60,387 nucleotides of DNA, from positions 1 through 60,387 of IMG/VR virus record IMGVR_UViG_3300025621_000007; one strand, 5' to 3'. The translations under genes and the position numbers were made by a program. Positions 33,839 to 42,078 of the stretch are shown piece by piece. The notes beneath the pieces were generated by a model. It was not told where the DNA came from. It did not search any database and was given only the letters and a program-made list of their open reading frames with translations. Positions within the stretch are counted from its first letter, which is position 1, and each line of letters starts with the position of its first letter. The stretch is from a virus (taxonomy: Duplodnaviria; Caudoviricetes).

Positions 33839-35353
33839 ATGGAACTACGCGACTACCAAAACGAAGCCGTATGGAAAACTGTAGAGAGCTTCGCTGAAGG
33901 GCACAGAAAAGTATTGATGGTGATGGCAACAGGGGGCGGGAAAACCATCACATTCGCACACATGGCAAAGCTGATCGGAGGAAAGACGCTGATATTAGCT
34001 CATCGAGACGAACTGATCCAGCAGGCGGTAGACAAGCTATATCGAGCTTGCGGAATAGTTGGGCGCATTGAAAAGGCGCAACATAAAGCCCCCCTTGGAT
34101 CAACTTGCGTAGTTTCATCTATTCAAACTATGAGCAGAAGGCTAAAGAAATGGCCTCCAAACTATTTTGATTTCATTGTAATTGATGAGGCTCACAGGTC
34201 TCTTGCAAAATCTTACATTAAGATCATTGATCACTTTGAGAAGGCTAAGTTGCTTGGAGTAACGGCCACTCCAGACAGGAACGATAGGCGAAGCCTCGGA
34301 GATGTCTACGAAACGACATCTGTAGACATCGGAATCGTAAAGTTAATCAAAGATGGCTGGCTATCCCCAGTTAGAATCAGGACGATTCCTCTTGAGATCG
34401 ACCTTGGAAAAGCAAAAAAGTCTAAGGGAGATATCGATGTCACTGAGATGGGTCATGCGCTTGAACCATTTATCAACAAGCTAGCAAGAGAAATCTTGGA
34501 CAATGCGGGGAAGCGAAGGACACTTATCTTCCTTCCTTTACGAGAGACCTCCCGCAAAATGGTAGAGGCTCTTAAAGCTCTCGGAGCAACGGCAGTCCAT
34601 GTTGATGGAGAGTCAAAAGACCGTAGCGAAATACGAAGGGCTTTCGAAGCAAATGAGGTTCAATTTGTCTGCAATGCAATGCTTTGGACCGAGGGGTTTG
34701 ACGACCCTGGGATCGAATGTGTCGTTCCGCTTAGGGCTACGACCTCCAGATCTTTGTATTGTCAGATGGTAGGTCGGGGGACTCGGTTGTTCCCGGGCAA
34801 GAAAGATCTTTTAGTTCTAGACTTCCTTTGGCATCATGAGAGGCACTCATTGTGTGCTCCAGCGTGTCTTGTCGGAGCTGGCAGATCAGACCTAGAGGAA
34901 GAGACTGAAGTTATCATGGGGAAAAGCTTCAAGGGGGACGAAGAACTTGATTTAATAGAGGTCCTTAGTGAATCCGAGAGCAAGGCTGAGTCATCACTAA
35001 AGAGAAAGCTTGAGGAGGAAAACAGAAAACGTCGCTTGAGAGAGAATAAAGGAGGCGGGGAAGTCGACCTGCTTGATCTTAAAGAGCTTGGGGTAACTTT
35101 CAAGCCAGCTCCATTTGCTCCCCCACCATCAGAAAAGCAAGTCTCTTTGCTTAGGAAGTTTAAAATTGACCCCTCAAAAGTTCACACTAGAGATCAGGCA
35201 ACCAAGCTGATTGGACGATTCTTGGCGAGAAGAAAAACCGGGTTAGCTAGTCCCGTTCAGATGCGATGGCTCAAAAGGTTTGGGCACGAGTCCCCAGAGA
35301 CGGCGACAGCATCCGAGGCGAAAGAGTTCCTTACGACTAAATTTTCAAAATGA
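33839..35353 (+). CDS. Superfamily 2 (DEAH, ResIII-like) helicase
   Basis: LRDYQ, ATGGGKT, DEAH, TATP, EGFDDP, QMVGRGTR. Confidence 0.95.
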   Translation: MELRDYQNEAVWKTVESFAEGHRKVLMVMATGGGKTITFAHMAKLIGGKTLILAHRDELIQQAVDKLYRACGIVGRIEKAQHKAPLGSTCVVSSIQTMSRRLKKWPPNYFDFIVIDEAHRSLAKSYIKIIDHFEKAKLLGVTATPDRNDRRSLGDVYETTSVDIGIVKLIKDGWLSPVRIRTIPLEIDLGKAKKSKGDIDVTEMGHALEPFINKLAREILDNAGKRRTLIFLPLRETSRKMVEALKALGATAVHVDGESKDRSEIRRAFEANEVQFVCNAMLWTEGFDDPGIECVVPLRATTSRSLYCQMVGRGTRLFPGKKDLLVLDFLWHHERHSLCAPACLVGAGRSDLEEETEVIMGKSFKGDEELDLIEVLSESESKAESSLKRKLEEENRKRRLRENKGGGEVDLLDLKELGVTFKPAPFAPPPSEKQVSLLRKFKIDPSKVHTRDQATKLIGRFLARRKTGLASPVQMRWLKRFGHESPETATASEAKEFLTTKFSK

Positions 35354-35784
35354 GACTAAATACAACCACACTTGTGAACCTCCCTATTTTAGCTATGGGA
35401 AAACCAAGAATGACGCAGCAGGACAAATGGAAGAAGCGTCCCTGCGTCGTAAGATACCGCAAGTTCTGCGATGACCTAATCAAGTTAATCCAGGAAGCTG
35501 AGCCTGAATGGATGCTTCAGCTTACGTGTGGAGAAATCGAGGTCGTGGGGATCACCTCGATCGTAAGGTTACCGATGCCTAAATCATGGAGCATGAAAAA
35601 GAAGGAGCTGAAGGCGGGGTCCTTGCATGACTCAAAGCCAGACACATCAAACATTTTTAAAGCCATCGAAGACGCTGTTTGCGTCGAAGATAAACAGGTG
35701 GCACTAATCAACTGCTCGAAATTTTGGACTTGCGGAGACGCACGAGTAGACATCGAACTATTATGGAAACAAACAACAACATGA
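35350..35784 (+). CDS. rusA: RusA-like Holliday junction resolvase
   Basis: GKPRMT, PMPKSWS.KK, KPDTSNIFKAIEDA, EDKQV. Confidence 0.85.
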   Translation: MRLNTTTLVNLPILAMGKPRMTQQDKWKKRPCVVRYRKFCDDLIKLIQEAEPEWMLQLTCGEIEVVGITSIVRLPMPKSWSMKKKELKAGSLHDSKPDTSNIFKAIEDAVCVEDKQVALINCSKFWTCGDARVDIELLWKQTTT

Positions 35785-36209
35785 GTAAACACGAAACTGC
35801 GGACAGAAAGATGAAACTAGTAGGCCTAAAAAGGTTTCGATCCGGAGGCAGGACTAAAAAGGGGATGGCTGAGCTGGAGTGTCGAATGCGACAACGGTTC
35901 GGTGAAACATGGGGAGAAAACATGATCGAGCTATCGAATCCCCTTGTCGTAGCACTTTGCTCTGTTATCGATAAGATGGACGTCAAGAATCCGATCGTCT
36001 TCTTTGGGTCACTAAGGCTGGCTTGTGAGCGGATGCTAGCTAACACAACAGGAGGCAATGACAATATTCATGAAGCCTCAAGAAGAACTCTTGGTTGGCT
36101 TCCAATGGCTTTGACGGACGGGGAAATTGGAGAGCTCATGGACGAGGTCGAATTCATATCATCGCTAACCGACGAAGAATACAAGAAATACCTTGAAGAG
36201 ACAGATTAA
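35781..36209 (+). CDS. Hypothetical protein
   Basis: ATGA-coupled start MSKHET at 35781. Confidence 0.6.
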   Translation: MSKHETADRKMKLVGLKRFRSGGRTKKGMAELECRMRQRFGETWGENMIELSNPLVVALCSVIDKMDVKNPIVFFGSLRLACERMLANTTGGNDNIHEASRRTLGWLPMALTDGEIGELMDEVEFISSLTDEEYKKYLEETD

Positions 36210-36229
36210 CATAAACGACGACGACTTAA

Positions 36230-38521
36230 ATGGAAACATTACCAAACTCCGTATCGGAGTATTTGTCGGCTTCCTCTGTTGAGGGGGAAAGAAACAGAAG
36301 ACTTTTCAATGCAGCCTGTCAGCTCCGTGATTCGGGGTGGGCGGAATCAGATGCAATGGGGGTTGTGGGGAGGAAAGCTGTCGATGACGGTCTTTCGCAG
36401 CAAGAAGTCACGACGACTTTGAGGTCTGTATTTAGGAGGGAATCAAGAGAAGAACCAAAAAATCAATCTCGAAGTTCGACTCCGTTTAGAGACAGGAAGC
36501 GAAATTTCAAAATCAAGATGGGCTCTTCAGCCCCTCCGAAGCTACCATTAACTGAGGTTCCAAAGCAAGAGGCGACGACAGGATACTCTGATTACTATAG
36601 AGAAAACTTTTCTGAGCATGACACCCCACCAGACTACAAGGTCCATGATGGAGAAGGGGTTATCCCAGAAGGTGGAATAGGTGCGGAGGAGTTTATCGAC
36701 GCTATGTTTGAGCCAGGATTAGCATTCTGCTTACACAAGGCTGAACTTGGAGTTGACGGGAAAGAACACCCCGCAGCAAGCGCAGCAGTATCGAGAGTAT
36801 TCCCTTACGAACGCTGGAAAGAAATCTCAAAAAGGAAAGGCGGGGCAGACCGAATTTACGAGAACAATGCGGGGTGCTATATATCTCTAAACCCCCTCAA
36901 AGGCGGGAAAAGGAGGCTTGAGAATATCTATGACTACAAGCATTTTTTACTAGAGTTCGATGACATCCCAAAAGAACATCAGTATCGAGTTATCTTGCGC
37001 TCAAAGATCCCCTGCACGGCGATCCTAGACACTGGGGGAAAATCTATTCATGCTGTTGTGCTAATCCAAGCTGCTGGCGAAAGCGAGTGGCGAAGCAGGG
37101 CAACCTTTATTCTGAACCATTTCAGGAAATACGGACCAGACACATCCAATAATGATCCGACACGAATGACTCGTCTTCCTGGATATCGTCGGAGCGATAC
37201 CAAGAACTACCAGCGCTGTCTGCACCTCCGCACAGGGGCTAGGTCTTACGAAGAATGGGAAAAGGAAGCCGTCGAGCTGACTGAGACGGAGATGAACATC
37301 GAAAAGATGATGGACTTTAAACCGGAAGAAGATCCGGACATCCTTCTTGGAAATCGGTGGCTCAACCGTGGGTCGGCAGCGATCCTCTCAGGTCAGTCTG
37401 GGATCGGTAAGAGCTCATTTATCATGCAGATGACCTGCACATGGGCTCTAGGGCGTCCGTTTTTCGGCGTCAAACCTACTGGTCCCATGCGGATTCTTCT
37501 TATCCAAGCTGAAAACGATTACGGGGACATGGCTGAAATGCTTCAAGGCACAACCTCAGGGATGGGTCTGAGCACTGCGGAGATTAAGAAGATCTCTAAA
37601 GGCGTAGTTCTGAAAGAGCAGGCAAAGCTCTCTGGAGAGGAATTCGTAGGCTACTTGGCTTGGCTGATTGATATGAACAAGCCAGACCTCGTGATTGTTG
37701 ACCCATTGCTTCACTACTTCGGTGGAGACTTGGCAAATCAACAAGACGCATCTCACTTTCTCAGAAAGCTGATCCACCCTCTTGTTAAGACTCGAAAAAT
37801 ATGTCTTCTTTTCGTTCACCATACAGTCAAACCCCCTCGCGATAAAGGTGACTGGGGACGCTTTGATGCAGCTTATGCTTCGTTTGGTTCTTCTGAGCTC
37901 GTGAATTGGCCTCGTGAGGTAATGACGCTTGGGCGAATTAATGACGATGGTGAGTTCCTTCTCGCTTTTGCTAAGCGGGGAAAGAGGGCTGGGATGCTGG
38001 ATTCTCATGGGACTCATACCGATGCTATTATCTTGAAGCACGCAACAGACCGCATCTACTGGGAACGCTCAGAGACAACGGTCGAAGATCTTTGGGCCAA
38101 GCCTAAGAAGGAGTCTAAGGCAAAGCCAAAGACAGCTGAGGAAAAAGTCGATTACTTCGATACCGGAGGAGAACCTGACGATCTCATGGAGGTCATAAAG
38201 GGTCTGCTGAGGCGTCTTAAGTGGACTAAGAGCGGGTATAGCAGAAAACAAGCTCTTACTTACGGCAGACAAGCTTTGAAGCTTTCAGCAAAAGACAAGC
38301 CCATGCTTTCGGAGAGCTTGAATTTTGCCTTAGTGACTGGTCTTCTTGTATCTGATGAGGAGGCTGGGAAGATCTACCTTACTGATGATGGATGGAAGTT
38401 CCGTCGAGGGGAAGAGATCGACTTGAGTCCTGTAACTAAGCTTGAGGGCGAGGACATGGATCTGATCCCCGATAGCTCAGTGAGCAACTCCGTCACAATG
38501 GACGATGATCATCCGTTTTAG
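36230..38521 (+). CDS. Primase-helicase (PriCT-like + AEP-type primase + RepA/AAA_25 helicase)
   Basis: EGERNRRLFNAACQL; LLEFDD, TGGKSIHA, DPTRMTRLPG; GQSGIGKS, IQAEND, LVIVDPL, FVHHT.KP. Confidence 0.88.
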   Translation: METLPNSVSEYLSASSVEGERNRRLFNAACQLRDSGWAESDAMGVVGRKAVDDGLSQQEVTTTLRSVFRRESREEPKNQSRSSTPFRDRKRNFKIKMGSSAPPKLPLTEVPKQEATTGYSDYYRENFSEHDTPPDYKVHDGEGVIPEGGIGAEEFIDAMFEPGLAFCLHKAELGVDGKEHPAASAAVSRVFPYERWKEISKRKGGADRIYENNAGCYISLNPLKGGKRRLENIYDYKHFLLEFDDIPKEHQYRVILRSKIPCTAILDTGGKSIHAVVLIQAAGESEWRSRATFILNHFRKYGPDTSNNDPTRMTRLPGYRRSDTKNYQRCLHLRTGARSYEEWEKEAVELTETEMNIEKMMDFKPEEDPDILLGNRWLNRGSAAILSGQSGIGKSSFIMQMTCTWALGRPFFGVKPTGPMRILLIQAENDYGDMAEMLQGTTSGMGLSTAEIKKISKGVVLKEQAKLSGEEFVGYLAWLIDMNKPDLVIVDPLLHYFGGDLANQQDASHFLRKLIHPLVKTRKICLLFVHHTVKPPRDKGDWGRFDAAYASFGSSELVNWPREVMTLGRINDDGEFLLAFAKRGKRAGMLDSHGTHTDAIILKHATDRIYWERSETTVEDLWAKPKKESKAKPKTAEEKVDYFDTGGEPDDLMEVIKGLLRRLKWTKSGYSRKQALTYGRQALKLSAKDKPMLSESLNFALVTGLLVSDEEAGKIYLTDDGWKFRRGEEIDLSPVTKLEGEDMDLIPDSSVSNSVTMDDDHPF

Positions 38522-38539
38522 GTTGACTTACAAATAAAC

Positions 38540-38578
38540 AAAAGCCCGCTCTTGGTTGTTTCCAGGCGCGGGCTTTTT
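38540..38578 (+). terminator. Intrinsic (possibly bidirectional) terminator after primase-helicase
   Basis: AAAAGCCCGC...GCGGGCTTTTT. Confidence 0.7.
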
Positions 38579-38868
38579 AGTTTAATTCCTAATCCCCAAA
38601 TCCACATATAATCCCTACTAGGACCTTCTTCAACCCCCCTCTCGCTTGGGGTCGGAGTTACGATATCTTTATACCCCCCTTTACCAAAGCCCGTAGGGGC
38701 TTATGGAATAAAGGGGGTGTTTTGTCAAAAACAAAATAAAGAAATCTTCACCCCTGACTCTGGAGTCCCCCACCAAACCGCTACCGCTTGCCGCTTACGC
38801 TGCGTCCGGATTGGGAGCGCTATTAGGGGGGTATTCCTAAGGGCCTTCGTTGGGATTCAACGTGCTAA

Positions 38869-38884
38869 GTGACACGCGTGTCAC
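38869..38884. promoter_or_regulatory. Operator copy 4 (perfect palindrome), immediately upstream of AGTTGACA
   Basis: GTGACACGCGTGTCAC a AGTTGACA then ATG 16 nt later. Confidence 0.7.
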
Positions 38885-38909
38885 AAGTTGACAAAAAGAA
38901 GAGAACAAG

Positions 38910-39584
38910 ATGAGTGATAATCCGACCCCGTTTTTTGGCTGCGTGTTTGAAGCCGAAGACCCAAAAGGCAACTATTTTTCTGAAGACCCAATTCAATTAA
39001 CTCACTTGGGTGAAGGCAAAAAAAGAAACGCAGGAGGTGGTGTAGCAGCAGCTACATTGGCTGGCGCTGGCGCTTATGGGATTACTGAGAATGTAATCGA
39101 CCGTAAAGGCCTCCCTAGATCCTGGGCAGCCAAAGAAATGAACAAAGGCTGGAAAAAAGACAAATATAGCAGCACCGGTCAGAGGGCCTCAAAGGTAACT
39201 CGTAAAGGGGCTACAAGAATCGCTAAGATCGAGGCTATCGAAGCCAGGAATCAAGCCAAATACGACAGCCTAGTCGACTCAAAAGGAAAGGCTCTTAAAG
39301 GGCAAGCGAAAGCCAGGGACCTTGTTTTCAAGAAGGCAGACAGATTAGACAACTCAAGACTGAAAAAGCGGAGTAAGCAACTCAGCAACGCATCCACAAG
39401 AGTCCACAACAAATATGCGGGTAAACTCAAAGGCGGCGCAGCTATCCTTGGCGCTGGAATCACCATCGCTTCTTACCGTCAATCTTATAAGCAGGGGCAA
39501 AAGAAGGGTCGCAGCGAATTTGCAGCTAATGAGATCATCACCGATCTTTCCTCTCTTTCCTCCCTAATTAAAAATCAATACTAA
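38910..39584 (+). CDS. Basic glycine-zipper protein (candidate internal head protein family)
   Basis: Acidic leader, GGGVAAATLAGAGAYG, GGAAILGAGITIA, C-terminal RSEFAANEIITDLS. Confidence 0.65.
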   Translation: MSDNPTPFFGCVFEAEDPKGNYFSEDPIQLTHLGEGKKRNAGGGVAAATLAGAGAYGITENVIDRKGLPRSWAAKEMNKGWKKDKYSSTGQRASKVTRKGATRIAKIEAIEARNQAKYDSLVDSKGKALKGQAKARDLVFKKADRLDNSRLKKRSKQLSNASTRVHNKYAGKLKGGAAILGAGITIASYRQSYKQGQKKGRSEFAANEIITDLSSLSSLIKNQY

Positions 39585-39591
39585 ACAAACC

Positions 39592-40485
39592 ATGAAACTT
39601 ACAAACGCATCCTCTTCAGCTAGCCTTTCCGCAAGAGCAGAACTTTCACGGGCAGGCTCTACCGGAGCCGTAACCGTCGGGTCTGCTGCACAGCAAGTCA
39701 ACTTCCCTGATGCCGATCAGGCTTATCAAGTTCAGGCTTTATTCGCTGATGCTTCTACGGCTTCGCTTGATCTCACAACTGGAATTGCCTCTGGAGATGC
39801 TTGGGTAGCTCCTGTTAAGCAAGTGGAAACGACAGAAGCAGTCGGAACCATCACAACCGCTGGTTCACTTATTGTCGGAGTTTCCTCGGCAGACGTCCCT
39901 GATGGGAATATCTCCTTAGGGGTCCCCGTAGCCGAGAATGATACCCCCTCTACTTGGGCAGCCAGAATTCGTGCGGTGCTTTCTTCAAACACAACTATTG
40001 CGGGGCTCTTCGACGTCAGCGGCACAGGGGCAAGCATAACCCTTACTAAGCTACCATCAGAAACCTACACAATGGGGGCTGAAGTTGTTGAAATGGCTTA
40101 CGCTGATGACCCTACTTTAAATATCTCCATTGAAAATGACACAGCTGTAGGGGCCATTGAGGACCTAACCTCAAACCCGACTGCTGCTGGGATTGCTGCG
40201 AGTGGCGTTTATATTGTGAACTCCGACGTCGATTTTGAGGGCATCGCTCTTGAATCTCCAAGTTCGATCTATGCAGTCTCAATGGAGCATTCTTCTTCAA
40301 ACCCATCAGGCCAGGTTGTCGATTATACAGCTGGAACAGAATTCTCAGGACGATTTGCTTCCACCCAACTAAAATCCGCTTCGGCGCTGCTGATTCACCC
40401 AGACCCAGCAATCCTAACCAGCCTAAGTTTCCTTAGTGCTGGAAACTCGGGGCTAATCAAAGCCACCGTTATTGCGAAAGTCTAA
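39592..40485 (+). CDS. Acidic A/S/T-rich virion structural protein (putative)
   Basis: Composition and KQVET...GTITTAG...V.V...DT....AARIR pattern seen in tail accessory domains. Confidence 0.5.
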   Translation: MKLTNASSSASLSARAELSRAGSTGAVTVGSAAQQVNFPDADQAYQVQALFADASTASLDLTTGIASGDAWVAPVKQVETTEAVGTITTAGSLIVGVSSADVPDGNISLGVPVAENDTPSTWAARIRAVLSSNTTIAGLFDVSGTGASITLTKLPSETYTMGAEVVEMAYADDPTLNISIENDTAVGAIEDLTSNPTAAGIAASGVYIVNSDVDFEGIALESPSSIYAVSMEHSSSNPSGQVVDYTAGTEFSGRFASTQLKSASALLIHPDPAILTSLSFLSAGNSGLIKATVIAKV

Positions 40486-40569
40486 TGAACGAAGCAAAAG
40501 CCATGACCTTGTGGATTTTGCTGATCTACACCCTCCTTTATCTCATCTCTCAACAACAACCATATTAAC

Positions 40570-40773
40570 ATGACCAAATCAATATTCACATCAAAAACCG
40601 CAGCATTGTCGTTTATCACCGCCCTCGTCGGGGCCGCGGCTTTTTTCGTCCCGTCGCTTGAAAACTTTGTTGCTTCCAACTCTTCTCTTATCCTGTCTTG
40701 TCTTGGCGTAATTGGATTCGCTCTGCGGATGGCAACTAGCGGCAAGGTAGCTCTCTTTCCTGGAGGAGAATAA
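40570..40773 (+). CDS. Holin (two TM)
   Basis: KSIFTSKT start, two hydrophobic helices, first gene of lysis block. Confidence 0.65.
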   Translation: MTKSIFTSKTAALSFITALVGAAAFFVPSLENFVASNSSLILSCLGVIGFALRMATSGKVALFPGGE

Positions 40774-41006
40774 TGGGGTTTCTTAAGTCCTTTTTGATTG
40801 CGGCAACAGTCTACCTGAAGGTTCTGCCTGCTCTTCATCTTAGGGGATTGTATAAAGACTTAGATTCTATAGAGGATGAGATTTATAAACTCTCTTTTGA
40901 TGGCGGTGCTGCTTCCGAGTTGCGGATGGAACAGCTCGCAAAGCGAAAAAGACGTTGCCGTGAGCAGATCGGCGCTATACGATCCACCTATGATCACCTT
41001 GATTGA
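40773..41006 (+). CDS. Inner-membrane spanin candidate
   Basis: N-terminal TM + short coiled coil; overlaps lipoprotein ORF. Confidence 0.5.
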   Translation: MGFLKSFLIAATVYLKVLPALHLRGLYKDLDSIEDEIYKLSFDGGAASELRMEQLAKRKRRCREQIGAIRSTYDHLD

Positions 41007-41106
41007 TGGCCAGACTTATGAATTTAAGGAAGGCCAAATTGAGGGCGACGGCCAAGCCTTTTACTCTAGATACCGCTATATGCGGGCTATAGTTATAGGG
41101 AAATGA
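40876..41106 (+). CDS. Outer-membrane lipoprotein spanin candidate
   Basis: MRFINSLLMAVLLPS-C lipobox-like signal, overlapping previous gene in another frame. Confidence 0.55.
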   Translation: MRFINSLLMAVLLPSCGWNSSQSEKDVAVSRSALYDPPMITLIDGQTYEFKEGQIEGDGQAFYSRYRYMRAIVIGK

Positions 41107-41744
41107 AGAGAGTTGCTATAGATCCCGGGCACGGAGGAAGTGATGTAGGAGCGGTTTCTCCTTCTAATCTACACGAAGCCGACATGACTTTGGATGTGTG
41201 TAAGCGCATCCAGTCTCTGCTTGAGTCTCAAGTCGATGTCGTAATGACCCGTTCTGACGACTCTTATGTAAGCTTGGGAGAAAGGGCGGATATATGCAAT
41301 ACCGCTAAGTGTGATGTCTTTGTCTCTTATCATTTTAATGCCGCAACCACGATGCTGGCCAACGGTTGGGAAATATTTACAACGAAAAAAGACAACAACT
41401 CAGACAAGCTAGCCACTTGCATAGGCAATTTCCATGCTGCCTTATTCCCTAACCAGCACGCCCGCCAAGACTGGTCAGATGGCGATCTTGACAAGGAGGC
41501 CAATTTCTCAGTAATCCGCAGGGCTAATTGCCCAGCTGTTCTAATGGAGGGGGAATTCATACACAACGCTCTAGGTGAATCACTTATAAGGAACCCGGCA
41601 AATAGAGAGAAGATGGCTATCGCTGTCGCAAATGGTGTGTTAAAATACCTCGGCTTGAAGCTTTTAGACGATTCAGTTGACTTTAACCTATCAGTAACAC
41701 AGCGATTAGACAGAATTGAAAATCACTTAGATCTCCCCACATAA
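41103..41744 (+). CDS. Endolysin, N-acetylmuramoyl-L-alanine amidase (Amidase_3)
   Basis: IDPGHGG.D.GA, E, SLGERA..CN, FVSYHFNA, PAVLMEGEFI. Confidence 0.93.
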   Translation: MKRVAIDPGHGGSDVGAVSPSNLHEADMTLDVCKRIQSLLESQVDVVMTRSDDSYVSLGERADICNTAKCDVFVSYHFNAATTMLANGWEIFTTKKDNNSDKLATCIGNFHAALFPNQHARQDWSDGDLDKEANFSVIRRANCPAVLMEGEFIHNALGESLIRNPANREKMAIAVANGVLKYLGLKLLDDSVDFNLSVTQRLDRIENHLDLPT

Positions 41745-41754
41745 CTCCCCTGCA

Positions 41755-42048
41755 ATGACCCTTACAATGATGCTCCCCAGCTTGGCAGACGTTTCCATGG
41801 ATTTCTCTACCTGGAACGAAGCTGGGGGTTTGCTGGGCATGATATTTGCGGCGTTGTTCGTATTAATAGGAACTTTTCAATGGCACCTGAAAACTCAGGA
41901 CAGAGAACATACTGAGACCGTGAAAAACATCCTTAATGAGGAGAGGGAAGAAAGAAAGCGGTTATCCCAAGAGCATAGAGTGACTTATGATAAGTTATCT
42001 GATGCAATCACTCAACTTAGCAAAAGCATTCTAGAATCAAGGAGATAA
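41755..42048 (+). CDS. Single-TM holin/antiholin-like protein
   Basis: GGLLGMIFAALFVLIG TM then charged coiled coil. Confidence 0.5.
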   Translation: MTLTMMLPSLADVSMDFSTWNEAGGLLGMIFAALFVLIGTFQWHLKTQDREHTETVKNILNEEREERKRLSQEHRVTYDKLSDAITQLSKSILESRR

Positions 42049-42078
42049 CTAGTTTGGGTTGACATCCCCTATTTTGTT

